From: an uncultured Alphaproteobacteria bacterium
GTDB taxonomy: Bacteria > Pseudomonadota > Alphaproteobacteria > Bin65
NCBI GenBank assembly: GCA_947259335.1
Contig: CAMYMQ010000437.1
Span: 12,617-76,616, forward strand
DNA: 64,000 nucleotides
Direction of reading: 5' to 3'
Below the pieces are notes generated by a model. It saw only the letters and a list, made by a program, of their open reading frames with translations, was not told the DNA's origin and searched no databases. The position numbers and the translations under genes were made by a program. Below are positions 38,710-48,007 of this stretch, piece by piece (position 1 is the stretch's first letter; each line of letters begins with the position of its first letter).

Positions 38710-40545
38710 ATGGATCCGATTACGTTTTCGATCATCCGGCATCGTCTGTTCCGCGTCGTCGACGAGGCGGTGATCACGCTAAAGAACGTCTCGGGCAGCG
38801 CGATCACGAACGAAGGCCATGATCTGATGGTCTCGTTGTATCGCGCCGACGGCACGCTGCTGATGGGAGGTGTCGGCTTCCTCCACCACCTCACCAGCGC
38901 GGCCGAGGCGTGCAAGAGCATCATTCGGCGCTTTGAGGGGGACATCAACGAAGGCGACGTGTTCCTGCTGAACGATCCCTATACGGCCGCGCTTCACACG
39001 TCCGACATTTACCTGGTCTCTCCGATCCATCACCAAGGCGAACTCGTGGCCTGGAGCGCCTGCTTCGTGCACGTCTACGACATCGGGGCGATGAACCCGG
39101 GTGGATTCGCGCCGGACGCCCAGGACATCTACACCGAAGGCTTCAGCTCGCCAGGAATTCGTATCGTTGAAGGCGGCGTGATGAAGCGGGACGTCATGGA
39201 CACCCTGCTCAATATGGTTCGCTCGCCCGAGATGGTCTCGCTCGACATGCGGTCCATGATCGCCTGCAACAACGTCGCGCGCGACCGAATGCAGAGCCTG
39301 ATCGACAAATACGGCCACGAAACGGTCGACGAGGCGTGCGCCCTGCTTATCGATCAGTCGGAGGAACTGTTGCGCGAACGGCTGCGCGAGCTTCCCGACG
39401 GCCAGTGGCGGTCGCGCCAGTACCTCGATGTGCAGGACGAGATATACAAGGTCGTCCTAACGATGACCAAGGAAGGCGACGAGCTTACTTTCGACTTCAC
39501 CGGATCCTCGCCCCAGTCCAAGTATTCAGTGAACTGCACCAAATGGGCATCCCTCGGCGGGCTCTTCGCGCCGCTGTTTCCCCTGCTCTGCTACGACATC
39601 ACCTGGAACGAGGGAGTGATCCGTCCGATCAAGATGATCGCGCCCGAGGGCACCGTCGTGAACTGCACCCGTCCCGCGCCCGTCTCGGTGGCGACCGTTG
39701 GCGCAATTCAATCGGTCAACAACGCGGCCTGCGCCACCATAGGAAAGATGCTCGAAGCAAGCGAGAAGTACGCCCGTGAAGCGACTGCCGTATGGCACGC
39801 GAACCATTTCGCCATCTTCAAGTTCGGCCGCAACCAGCATGGCGGCGAGGCGATTGGCATCTTCACGGAGACCTTCGCCGGATCCGGCGGTGCGCGGACC
39901 TTCGCCGACGGCATCGACGTCGGCGGCGAGATCCCGAACCCGATATCGCGGATGGCGAATGTCGAGACGGTCGAGGCCAGTTTCCCGATCCGATACCTGT
40001 TCCGCCGGCGGAACGCCGATTCGGGAGGTCCCGGAAAGTATCGCGGCGGCACCGGCATGGAATTTGCGGTTGTGCCGCACGATTCACCGGACGGCGGCAT
40101 CCACTACGTCGTGTCCGGCAAGGGCGCCGACTTCCCGATGAGCGACGGCCTGGGCGGCGGCTATCCGGGCGCGCCGAACCGGTACGTCTGGGTGCACAAC
40201 AACGAAGCGGCAGACTCCAGCAAGAACGTCGATGCCCGCTTCGCCCAGTCACTCGACGAGATGGCCGGCGAACAACAGCCGATCTCCTGGGGCGTGTTCC
40301 CGCTCATGGGCGAAGACGCGTTGTATGTAAGCTGGAATGGCGGCGGCGGCTTCGGCGATCCTCTCGAACGCGATCCCGACGCGGTCCTCGAAGACCTGCA
40401 CAGCGGCGTTGTCAGCCTCGAAGCGGCCCACGATGTCTACGGCGTGGTGTTCACCGACGGCAACAACGGCATCGACCTGGCGGAAACGATGTCGCTTCGT
40501 GGCCAAATGTATGCCGAGCGTCTCCATTTGGAGGCCGCGGAATGA
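38710..40545 (+). CDS. Hydantoinase B / oxoprolinase family protein (HyuB; acetone-carboxylase-alpha-like)
   Basis: 611 aa. MDPITFSIIRHRLFRVVDEAVITLKNVSGSAITNEGHD is a typical HyuB N-terminus. Confidence 0.9.
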   Translation: MDPITFSIIRHRLFRVVDEAVITLKNVSGSAITNEGHDLMVSLYRADGTLLMGGVGFLHHLTSAAEACKSIIRRFEGDINEGDVFLLNDPYTAALHTSDIYLVSPIHHQGELVAWSACFVHVYDIGAMNPGGFAPDAQDIYTEGFSSPGIRIVEGGVMKRDVMDTLLNMVRSPEMVSLDMRSMIACNNVARDRMQSLIDKYGHETVDEACALLIDQSEELLRERLRELPDGQWRSRQYLDVQDEIYKVVLTMTKEGDELTFDFTGSSPQSKYSVNCTKWASLGGLFAPLFPLLCYDITWNEGVIRPIKMIAPEGTVVNCTRPAPVSVATVGAIQSVNNAACATIGKMLEASEKYAREATAVWHANHFAIFKFGRNQHGGEAIGIFTETFAGSGGARTFADGIDVGGEIPNPISRMANVETVEASFPIRYLFRRRNADSGGPGKYRGGTGMEFAVVPHDSPDGGIHYVVSGKGADFPMSDGLGGGYPGAPNRYVWVHNNEAADSSKNVDARFAQSLDEMAGEQQPISWGVFPLMGEDALYVSWNGGGGFGDPLERDPDAVLEDLHSGVVSLEAAHDVYGVVFTDGNNGIDLAETMSLRGQMYAERLHLEAAE

Positions 40546-40814
40546 GCGGCCGCATTTCGAGCGCCCTCGAACTCAAGGGCAACCGCATCGCTTGCACGAA
40601 ATGCGGCGAGGATCTGGGCCCGGCCGAGAACGGATGGAAATCCGGCGCAATCATGAAAGAGCGGCCGATGAACAACGCCGGCGGCGTCTCCTATAGGAGC
40701 CGCGACCATGTTCTGCTGCGCCTGTTCTTCTGTCCTGGCTGCGGCAAGCAGCTCGGGACGGAGACGGCGATGAAGGACGACCCGTACCTTGAGGACATTC
40801 TGAAGGCGGGTTGA
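40542..40814 (+). CDS. Small Zn-ribbon protein, acetone-carboxylase-gamma-subunit-like
   Basis: 90 aa. ATG overlaps the HyuB stop (ATGA). Two CxxC pairs (CTKCGEDL ... CPGCGKQL). The position matches acxC after acxA/acxB-type genes. Confidence 0.7.
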   Translation: MSGRISSALELKGNRIACTKCGEDLGPAENGWKSGAIMKERPMNNAGGVSYRSRDHVLLRLFFCPGCGKQLGTETAMKDDPYLEDILKAG

Positions 40815-40830
40815 GGAAGCGAAAATCACC

Positions 40831-41466
40831 GTGTTCACCGACAAGCATCCTTCCGGCGGTCTCCGTATCACGGATGAAAGCATTCGGCCGGCCGAGCCGA
40901 AATACGACGTACAGCACGTCGGCGAGCGTCTCAGGGCTTTGCGCCTGTCCAAGGGATTGACCGTCAACGCGCTCTCTGCGATCTCACAGGTTCCGCCCAG
41001 TACGATCAGCAAGATGGAGAATGGCAGGCTCCGGCCAAGCCTTGTCCATGCGATCAATCTCGCCATGGCATTGGGCGAGAACCTTGGCTTCCTGGTCGAC
41101 AGGTATCGCGCCGACCCTGAAGACGTGGTCATCGTGCGGCGTGGCAACCGCTCGCGGATCGACTATCCAGAAATGGGAATGGCCCTCGAGGACCTGAACG
41201 GAAACTTCCATTCGGGCATACTCGAAGCCCGGATCGGGGTCCTGCAACCAGGCTCGACATCGGGCAGCGAGCCGATGACCCATTCCGGCGACGAGCTGTG
41301 CCACGTCCTAGACGGGGCCATCGAATACACGATCGAAAATCAAGTTTATCCGCTGGATCGAGGCGATTCCCTGCATTTCAAATCGGATCAGGAACACGCG
41401 TGGAAGAACAGCCATGAAGGCATCACCACCGTGCTCTGGATATTCTCCGACGGCCTCTCCTTTTGA
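40831..41466 (+). CDS. XRE-family HTH regulator with C-terminal cupin domain (copy 2)
   Basis: 211 aa. VGERLRALRLSKGLTVNALSAISQVPPSTISKMENGRLRPS HTH and cupin HSGDELCHVLDGAIEYTIENQVYPLDRGDSLHF. GTG start. Confidence 0.85.
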   Translation: MFTDKHPSGGLRITDESIRPAEPKYDVQHVGERLRALRLSKGLTVNALSAISQVPPSTISKMENGRLRPSLVHAINLAMALGENLGFLVDRYRADPEDVVIVRRGNRSRIDYPEMGMALEDLNGNFHSGILEARIGVLQPGSTSGSEPMTHSGDELCHVLDGAIEYTIENQVYPLDRGDSLHFKSDQEHAWKNSHEGITTVLWIFSDGLSF

Positions 41467-41510
41467 CGCTCCGGGCCGCGGCTCAAAGAAAAGAAACAGG
41501 AGGAACGCTC

Positions 41511-42215
41511 ATGCACGATACCGCAATCAGGCCGGAGATCGTCGACCGGGTTCTGGCCCGGCGTGGCCGATATCACCTTTTCGACACGCTCGATCCGGCC
41601 GAGACGGCGCTGGTCGTGATCGACATGCAGGGAACCTTCGTCGAACCCGGCGCTCCGGCGGAAGTGCCACTGTCGCGCGACATCGTCGCGCCGATCAATG
41701 CGCTGGCTCGAGAGCTGCGGACTCTGGGCGGGACAATCATCTGGGTCACCCACGCCAACACCCACAACAGCCGTGCCAGCGACTGGGAGCTGTTCTTCAA
41801 CCACTTCGTCGCCGACGACGTACGCCAGAAGACGATCGCGAGCCTGGCGCCCGGCGGCGGAGGTCAGAAGGTCTGGCGCGAGTTGGAAGTCGCGGAAGAC
41901 GATCTCCACGTTGTCAAGAATCGCTATAGCGCGCTCGTGCCGGGATCATCGGCTTTGGAACGGGTGCTAAGCAGCCGCGGCATTCGCAATCTGTTGATCG
42001 CGGGGACGAAAACGAACGTCTGCTGCGAAGCCACGGGTCGCGACGCGATGATGATGGACTACCGCGTCGTCATGGTTTCGGACTGCCTGGCCGCGCTGTC
42101 GGACGACGAGCACCGTTCGGCTCTAGAAACATTCATCCAGCAGTTCGGCGATGTGATGACTGGCGCCGAAGTTCTGTCGGTCTTGGGGAGAAGGCTCAAT
42201 CCACAAGAGGCCTGA
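41511..42215 (+). CDS. Isochorismatase-family cysteine hydrolase (amidase-like)
   Basis: 234 aa from ATG 41511 (AGGAGGAACGCTC upstream). ALVVIDMQGTFV and KTNVCCEATGRDA motifs show Asp and Cys present. Confidence 0.85.
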   Translation: MHDTAIRPEIVDRVLARRGRYHLFDTLDPAETALVVIDMQGTFVEPGAPAEVPLSRDIVAPINALARELRTLGGTIIWVTHANTHNSRASDWELFFNHFVADDVRQKTIASLAPGGGGQKVWRELEVAEDDLHVVKNRYSALVPGSSALERVLSSRGIRNLLIAGTKTNVCCEATGRDAMMMDYRVVMVSDCLAALSDDEHRSALETFIQQFGDVMTGAEVLSVLGRRLNPQEA

Positions 42216-42272
42216 CCAGGGAGTGAGGTGGCCGAGAAGCCGCCGAATGTCAATTCACCAGGGAGTAGTGTC

Positions 42273-43244
42273 ATGAAGAAGTTTCTGATTGCACTGAGCA
42301 TAGCGGTCGTCACCGCAGCCGGAGCCGGGGACGCAGCCGCCAAACAGCTGAGGGTCGCGCTCGTCTTGCCGGGCCCGATCACCGACGGCACGTTCAATAC
42401 CGCCGCGTACCAAGGCATCAAGGCCGCCGAGAAGAAGTACGACATCAAGATCTCGATCCAGGAGAACACGACCTTTGCTCAGAGCAAGTCGGCGCTCCTG
42501 CACTTCGCGAGAGACGGCTACGACATCATCATCGGCCACGGTTTTCAGTTCGGCGACCCGGCGAAACAGATCCACAAGCAGTTCCCGAAAACCTGGTTCA
42601 TCGTCAACACCGCAAAGGTTTCTGGCGCGCCCAACCTGGCCTCGTTCGACAACCGATGGGGTGACGCGGGTTACGTCGCGGGTGCGATCGCGGCGATGGT
42701 CACGAAGACCGGCACCATCGGCCACATCGGCGGCATCCCGGTTCCGGTGATCAAGGAGTACAACACCGGTTTCGAGCGCGGCGCCAAGCGCTTCAAGCCC
42801 GACGTCAAGGTGCTCTCAGCCTTCGTGGGATCGTTCTCCGACATCGCCAAGGGCAAGGAAATCACCCTGTCCCTGATCGAGCGCGGCGCGGACGTCGTTA
42901 CGGCCACCGGTAACGAGAGCGTCGTCGGCACGATCCAGGCAGCCAAGGAGAAAGGCGTCATGGCCATCGGGACGGCCTTCGACTCCGCAAAGTTTGCGCC
43001 CGATACAATCGTCACAACAGCCATCGTGCGCTTCGACATCAATATCGACAAGGCGATCGGCCTAGTCGTCGCGGGCAAGCTGGAGCCCAAGAACTATCTG
43101 CTCGGATTCAACGAGAACGGCCTCGATCTCGCACCCTACCGGAAATTCGACAGCAAGCTGTCGGCCGACCAGAAGGCCAAGATCGAGCAGCTGATCGCTG
43201 ACATCAAGGCGGGCAAGGTGAAGGACCTGCCAAAGATTCAATAA
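42273..43244 (+). CDS. BMP-family (PnrA/Med-like) ABC transporter substrate-binding protein
   Basis: Signal peptide MKKFLIALSIAVVTAAGAGDAAA. LRVALVLPGPITDGTFNTAAYQGIK is typical of BMP lipoprotein-family binders. Confidence 0.9.
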   Translation: MKKFLIALSIAVVTAAGAGDAAAKQLRVALVLPGPITDGTFNTAAYQGIKAAEKKYDIKISIQENTTFAQSKSALLHFARDGYDIIIGHGFQFGDPAKQIHKQFPKTWFIVNTAKVSGAPNLASFDNRWGDAGYVAGAIAAMVTKTGTIGHIGGIPVPVIKEYNTGFERGAKRFKPDVKVLSAFVGSFSDIAKGKEITLSLIERGADVVTATGNESVVGTIQAAKEKGVMAIGTAFDSAKFAPDTIVTTAIVRFDINIDKAIGLVVAGKLEPKNYLLGFNENGLDLAPYRKFDSKLSADQKAKIEQLIADIKAGKVKDLPKIQ

Positions 43245-43265
43245 TTCGCGGTACTGGACGAACCG

Positions 43266-44765
43266 ATGTTGCCGTTGCTCGACCTCCACAACATCGGCAA
43301 GTCCTTCGGTGAAACCGTTGCGCTCGCCGGCGTCGATCTCTCGATCGGTGCCGGCGAGGTCATCGGCGTTCTCGGAGAGAACGGCGCCGGCAAATCAACG
43401 CTGATGAACATCGCCTCCGGCCTCCTGGAGCCAGACAGCGGCACCATCCGCATCAACGGCGAACCCCAGCACTTCACGAGTCCTCAGGATGCGGCCGAGG
43501 CCGGTATAGGCATGGTGCACCAGCACTACCTTCTGGTCCCGAATCTGACCGTTACCGAAAACATCATGCTCGGCGACCCACGCCTCAATCCACTACGGCC
43601 GCGCCTGGCCGAGCACGGTGCGGAGATCGGGGCGCTGGCGAAACGCGTGGGCCTGGACGTCGACCCGTTCGAGCGAGTGGAGCGTCTCGACATGGGCGGA
43701 AAGCAGCGGGTCGAAATCGTCAAGGCCCTGCACCGCGGAGCGCGGCTGCTCATCCTGGACGAGCCGACGACCGTCCTCTCCGAACGGGAACGCCAACAGC
43801 TCTACGACGTGATTCGATCCCTGACGGATGACGGCGTGGCGATCATCCTGATCAGCCATAAGCTCGACGACATCTACGAGGTGTGCGACCGCGTCCTTGT
43901 CCTGCGCGCAGGACACGTCGTCGATCACGGCCCGTTGGCGGACCGTAGCCGAGTGGAACTGGTCCGCAGCATGGTCGGCGAAGAGATCGAAACGGGACCG
44001 GCGAAAACGGCCGTGCGGGGAGAGCCTGTTCTCGCCGTGTCGGGCCTCTCCGTTCGAAGAGACAACGGCGCGCGCGCCTTCTCGGACGTCACGTTTGATT
44101 TGCGCGCGGGGGAAATACTCGCGCTCGCCGGGATCGAGGGCAACGGGCAGGAAGAACTGGCGGAATCGTTGACGGGACTGAGGCACGCCGACGGCGGCGA
44201 TATCACGGTCGAGGGCCGGACGCTCGACCGATCAGTGACAGCTCTAAGCCGTCGGCGGCAGGGGATGCGCCACATGCCGCACGACCGACATCGCCGTGGA
44301 ATCCTGGCGTCCAGATCGTTGGCGGACAATTTCCTGCTTTCCCATTGGCACGAAGGCCGGTTTCGCCGTTGGAGCTGGATCCGCCGCGGTCGTGCACAGG
44401 CAGAAGTGGCGACAATCGTGCGTGAATTCGATCTTCGCGGCAGCCGCAGATCGTCAATCGGATCGCTGTCGGGCGGCAATCAGCAGAAACTGGTCGCGGG
44501 CAGAGAGATGTGGGGCTCGGCGCGCATTCTGGTCGCGGCACATCCGACCCGAGGTCTCGACGTCCGCACGGTTGCCGCGCTCCAGGACCGTCTCGTCCGC
44601 CATCGCAACGAGGGTCTCGCAATCCTGCTGATCTCCTCAGACCTGTCGGAGATCTGGCAGATCGCCGACAGGGTCATGGTGCTCACGCATGGCAGATTGC
44701 GCGGGCCGGTTCCGCTCAGCGAGACCAGCACACACGAGATCGGCGCATGGATCTCGGGCGGCTAG
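43266..44765 (+). CDS. ABC transporter ATP-binding protein (duplicated ATPase)
   Basis: 499 aa. Walker A GENGAGKST, Walker B LLILDEPT, and a second cassette with LSGGNQQK. Confidence 0.9.
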   Translation: MLPLLDLHNIGKSFGETVALAGVDLSIGAGEVIGVLGENGAGKSTLMNIASGLLEPDSGTIRINGEPQHFTSPQDAAEAGIGMVHQHYLLVPNLTVTENIMLGDPRLNPLRPRLAEHGAEIGALAKRVGLDVDPFERVERLDMGGKQRVEIVKALHRGARLLILDEPTTVLSERERQQLYDVIRSLTDDGVAIILISHKLDDIYEVCDRVLVLRAGHVVDHGPLADRSRVELVRSMVGEEIETGPAKTAVRGEPVLAVSGLSVRRDNGARAFSDVTFDLRAGEILALAGIEGNGQEELAESLTGLRHADGGDITVEGRTLDRSVTALSRRRQGMRHMPHDRHRRGILASRSLADNFLLSHWHEGRFRRWSWIRRGRAQAEVATIVREFDLRGSRRSSIGSLSGGNQQKLVAGREMWGSARILVAAHPTRGLDVRTVAALQDRLVRHRNEGLAILLISSDLSEIWQIADRVMVLTHGRLRGPVPLSETSTHEIGAWISGG

Positions 44766-45787
44766 ACCTGCGCCACGGCGCGGCGAACAGCCTTGTCTCG
44801 GTCGCGGCGGCCGTGGCCGCCCTGGCGGTATGCGCCGGCTTTCTGCTGATTGCCGGCCACGATCCAATCCGAGCCGCGGGGGTGCTGCTCGACGGCGCGC
44901 TCGGTTCCGCCGACAACATCTTGGAAGTCATTACCCGATCTGTTCCGCTGGCGATCGTCGGTTTCGGCATCACGGTCGCGTTTCGGGCCAACGTCTACAA
45001 CATCGGCGCCGACGGCCAGGTCATCGTCGGCGCGATCGCCGGCGTCGTTGCTGTCCAGATCATAGGCGACCTCGGCATAGCGAGCGTGACCGTGCTCCTG
45101 CTGGCAAGCGTCGCGGGAGGCGCCCTGTACGGAGCCCTCGCCGGGTGGTTGCGCGCGCGGTTCGACGCCAGCGAGATCATTGTCACGATCATGTTGAACT
45201 ACGTCGCGCTGCAGTTCCTCGGCTGGGTCGTGCGCGGCCCTCTGCAGGAACCGATGCGGATATTTCCGCGCTCGAATACGCTGATCGAGGCCGCCCATCT
45301 CCCCGAGCTCGTCGCCGGCAGCCTCCATTCAGGTGTCCTGTTTGCGATTGTGCTGGCCGTGATCCTGTATCTCGTCCTGCGCAGGACGGTCTTCGGCTAT
45401 CAGATAGACGCCGTCGGCGAGAATATGGCCGCTGCGGAGTACGGCGGAATATCGAGCGCGCGCATCATCATCCTCTCGATGCTGGTCAGCGGCGGTCTGT
45501 GCGGCCTCGCCGGCGGCATCGAGGTGGCCGGGGTGTTCCACCGCCTGGAGGAGACGGTATCGCCAGGCATCACCATGACCGGCATCGCCGTCGCGCTGAT
45601 GGCTCGGCTCAACCCGTTAGCGGTGCCGTTCACCGCACTCCTTTTCGGCATCTTCACGGTCGGGGCGGCCGCGCTTCAGCGCCAGATGGGCGTCCCCTTC
45701 CCGCTGCTATGGATCATCGAGGCAATGGTGATCTTCGCCTTTCTTATGGTCGGCTGGCGGCGCGGGCCGGTCGCGGCAGCGGCCTAA
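44747..45787 (+). CDS. ABC transporter permease (BMP/ribose-type)
   Basis: About 346-aa polytopic protein from in-frame ATG 44747, overlapping the ATPase end by 19 nt. Confidence 0.85.
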   Translation: MDLGRLDLRHGAANSLVSVAAAVAALAVCAGFLLIAGHDPIRAAGVLLDGALGSADNILEVITRSVPLAIVGFGITVAFRANVYNIGADGQVIVGAIAGVVAVQIIGDLGIASVTVLLLASVAGGALYGALAGWLRARFDASEIIVTIMLNYVALQFLGWVVRGPLQEPMRIFPRSNTLIEAAHLPELVAGSLHSGVLFAIVLAVILYLVLRRTVFGYQIDAVGENMAAAEYGGISSARIIILSMLVSGGLCGLAGGIEVAGVFHRLEETVSPGITMTGIAVALMARLNPLAVPFTALLFGIFTVGAAALQRQMGVPFPLLWIIEAMVIFAFLMVGWRRGPVAAAA

Positions 45788-45797
45788 GGGGGAAGCG

Positions 45798-46721
45798 ATG
45801 GACGAGATCTTCTTCGTTGGACTTGTCGCGTCAGCCTTCCGGCTCGGCACGCCGATCCTGTTCGCCGCGCTGGGCGAGACCGTGGCCCAGCGGTCCGGCG
45901 TGCTCAACGTCGGGATCGAAGGCATCATGCTGGTTGGGGCGTTCACTGGCGTCTGGGGCGCCTTCGCGACCGGCTCGGCCTGGATCGGTTTGCTGATCGC
46001 GATGATTGCCGGCGTCGCCATGGCCGCCGTCCACGTCATACTCTGTCTGCGTTTTCACCTGGATCAGATCGTGGCCGGTATCGGACTCACCGTCTTGGGT
46101 CTGGGCCTGTCGGGCTTTGGCAACCGACTGGTCTTCGGCACCGGTCAGATCACGCGCACGCCGGTCTTCGAACGGGTCGATCTCGGCTGGCTCAGCAGGC
46201 TCGACGTCATCGGACCGGCCTTCTTCCAGCACCATGTCCTGGTCTACGTCGCCGTCGCGCTTGCAGGCGCGACCTGGTGGTTCCTGACGCGCACCGGATG
46301 GGGGCTGGTCATCCGCAGTGTCGGCGAAGACCCCGTGGCGGCGAATGCCTCAGGTATCGATGTCATCAAGACACGAACCGTCTGTGTCCTTTGGGGCGGG
46401 GCCCTGGCCGGCGCAGGTGGCGCCTACCTTTCCGTCGGTCAAATCGGCAGCTTCGTCGAGGACATGGTCGCCGGTCGCGGGTTCATCGCCATCGCCTGCG
46501 TCGTTTATGGTCGTTGGAATCCCCTGGGTGTCTTGCTCGCTACTCTTTTCTTCGGCGCGGCCGATGCGGCCCAAATTCGGCTTCAACCGTTGTTCCCGGA
46601 TTTGCCCTACCAGTTTTTTGTGATGCTGCCCTATGTCCTGGCGGTTGGGGCGCTGGTCTTCCTTTCGCGACGGTCACGGTTACCCGGCGGACTTGCACGA
46701 CCTTATGCGCCGCCACGGTAA
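45798..46721 (+). CDS. ABC transporter permease (second subunit)
   Basis: 307-aa polytopic protein, paralogous in type to the preceding permease. Confidence 0.85.
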   Translation: MDEIFFVGLVASAFRLGTPILFAALGETVAQRSGVLNVGIEGIMLVGAFTGVWGAFATGSAWIGLLIAMIAGVAMAAVHVILCLRFHLDQIVAGIGLTVLGLGLSGFGNRLVFGTGQITRTPVFERVDLGWLSRLDVIGPAFFQHHVLVYVAVALAGATWWFLTRTGWGLVIRSVGEDPVAANASGIDVIKTRTVCVLWGGALAGAGGAYLSVGQIGSFVEDMVAGRGFIAIACVVYGRWNPLGVLLATLFFGAADAAQIRLQPLFPDLPYQFFVMLPYVLAVGALVFLSRRSRLPGGLARPYAPPR

Positions 46722-46748
46722 GACAACGCCCCATCGACCCTGCTCGGT

Positions 46749-47630
46749 TCAATCCGACGCTGCGCCGTTGTACCAGTCGAGGATTTCGCTACCCGTCGCG
46801 AACCAGACATCCTCCCGCTCCTTCATATGGGCGAAAGCCCGGTCGAGGTAGCGAGCACGAAACGGGTGGCCTATGAGGAAGGGATGAAGCGCGATCGACA
46901 TCACGCGCGCGGTCTTCGCCCCTTCCTCCCACAAGGTGTCGAACTGATCGACGACTACACGGAAGAAATCCTCGCCGGAGCCGCCCCGTTCGAGGAAGAC
47001 CGGTATATCTCCGACCTCCAGCGTGTAGGGCATGGCCACGATCGAGCCCGCGTTTGTCGTCATGCGATACGGCTGGTCGTCGTTACACCAGTCGGCCACA
47101 TACTCGACGCCCGCTGCCGCCAGCAGATCCAGCGTGATGTGGGATTCGGTGAGAGCCGGGCTCAGCCAACCACGCGAGCGTGAACCGGCAGTTGCTTCGA
47201 TCTTGTCGAGCACGCCAGCAATCATGCCCTGCTCTTCGTCTTGCGAAAGGCCTGCGATCAGCATCGAGTTGGAGACGCCGTGCGCCATCCACTCCCACCC
47301 TGCCGCCGTGCCGGCCTTTACGATCTCGGGATAGTAGTCACACGCCTCGGAATTCAGGGCAGCGGTAGCGCGAATCCCGTGCTTTTCGAGAACTTCCATG
47401 AGACGCCAGACGCCAACGCGCGCGCCATAGTCGCGCCACGCATAATTGAGCACGTCGGGTTGCATGCCCGCCGTCATCGGGGTGATGGAGATCGCCGGCT
47501 TGTCATAGTGGAAGTGCTCGATGTTGGGCGTGACCCATACCGCGACTCGTGCGCCGTCCGGAAGCCGAAGCGGAGGCCGGTCGACAATGGCCGAATAGGC
47601 GAAGCGGTTGTGTTCCATCAATTTTCCCAT
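46749..47630 (-). CDS. Polysaccharide deacetylase family protein (PuuE-allantoinase-like)
   Basis: 293 aa. RLPDGARVAVWVTPNIEHFHYDKP...DYGARVGVWRLMEVLEKHGIRATAALNSEA is typical of the PuuE/urate-catabolism deacetylase-fold group. Confidence 0.85.
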   Translation of the reverse strand: MGKLMEHNRFAYSAIVDRPPLRLPDGARVAVWVTPNIEHFHYDKPAISITPMTAGMQPDVLNYAWRDYGARVGVWRLMEVLEKHGIRATAALNSEACDYYPEIVKAGTAAGWEWMAHGVSNSMLIAGLSQDEEQGMIAGVLDKIEATAGSRSRGWLSPALTESHITLDLLAAAGVEYVADWCNDDQPYRMTTNAGSIVAMPYTLEVGDIPVFLERGGSGEDFFRVVVDQFDTLWEEGAKTARVMSIALHPFLIGHPFRARYLDRAFAHMKEREDVWFATGSEILDWYNGAASD

Positions 47631-47951
47631 TTTCCTCGTCGCGCTCCCTGTCCCGTGAACGGTCCATTCTAGACGGTCGATCAGAGCAGAGCTTCCTCAA
47701 GTTTCGGGTTTGACGACCTCTTCGGCCTTCAGGATCCTCTTCGACGTATCGGCCCCTTGCTGGCTTCGAATTTGGCGGGCGGATCCAGCCAATTGGGGGG
47801 AAGATCCGGCCAAGTGCGTCGGCTGAGAAGCGGAGCAAAATTACACGCGGGCAGATTGAGCGTTGCCGATCAGCGTGGCCTCAACCTGCCGCCAGGTAAC
47901 GTTTGTGAGCGGAAAGTAGGTTTTCTTCTCAATTTCAAACACGTCGTGTAA

Positions 47952-47973
47952 GATGCTCAATATGAAAGTTACC
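47952..47973 (+). promoter_or_regulatory. Possible fourth copy (D) of the conserved upstream motif
   Basis: GATGCTCAATATGAAAGTTACC is 16/22 identical to copy B and ends 34 nt before ATG 48008. Confidence 0.35.
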
Positions 47974-48007
47974 ATTCTTGTCGGGTCTTGCCGAAAGGAT
48001 CGCCTGC

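Noticed and set aside
41308-41313. Additional GTCTAG hexamers inside the XRE-cupin 2 coding region (41308-41313, minus sense) and at 61929-61934 (minus sense; AAGTCTAGCATACCGCAACG)
   Set aside because: Only the first 7-8 nt match the 22-nt motif. The 3' AAGTT half is absent. One is inside a gene and the other points away from the adjacent gene. They are consistent with chance occurrences.
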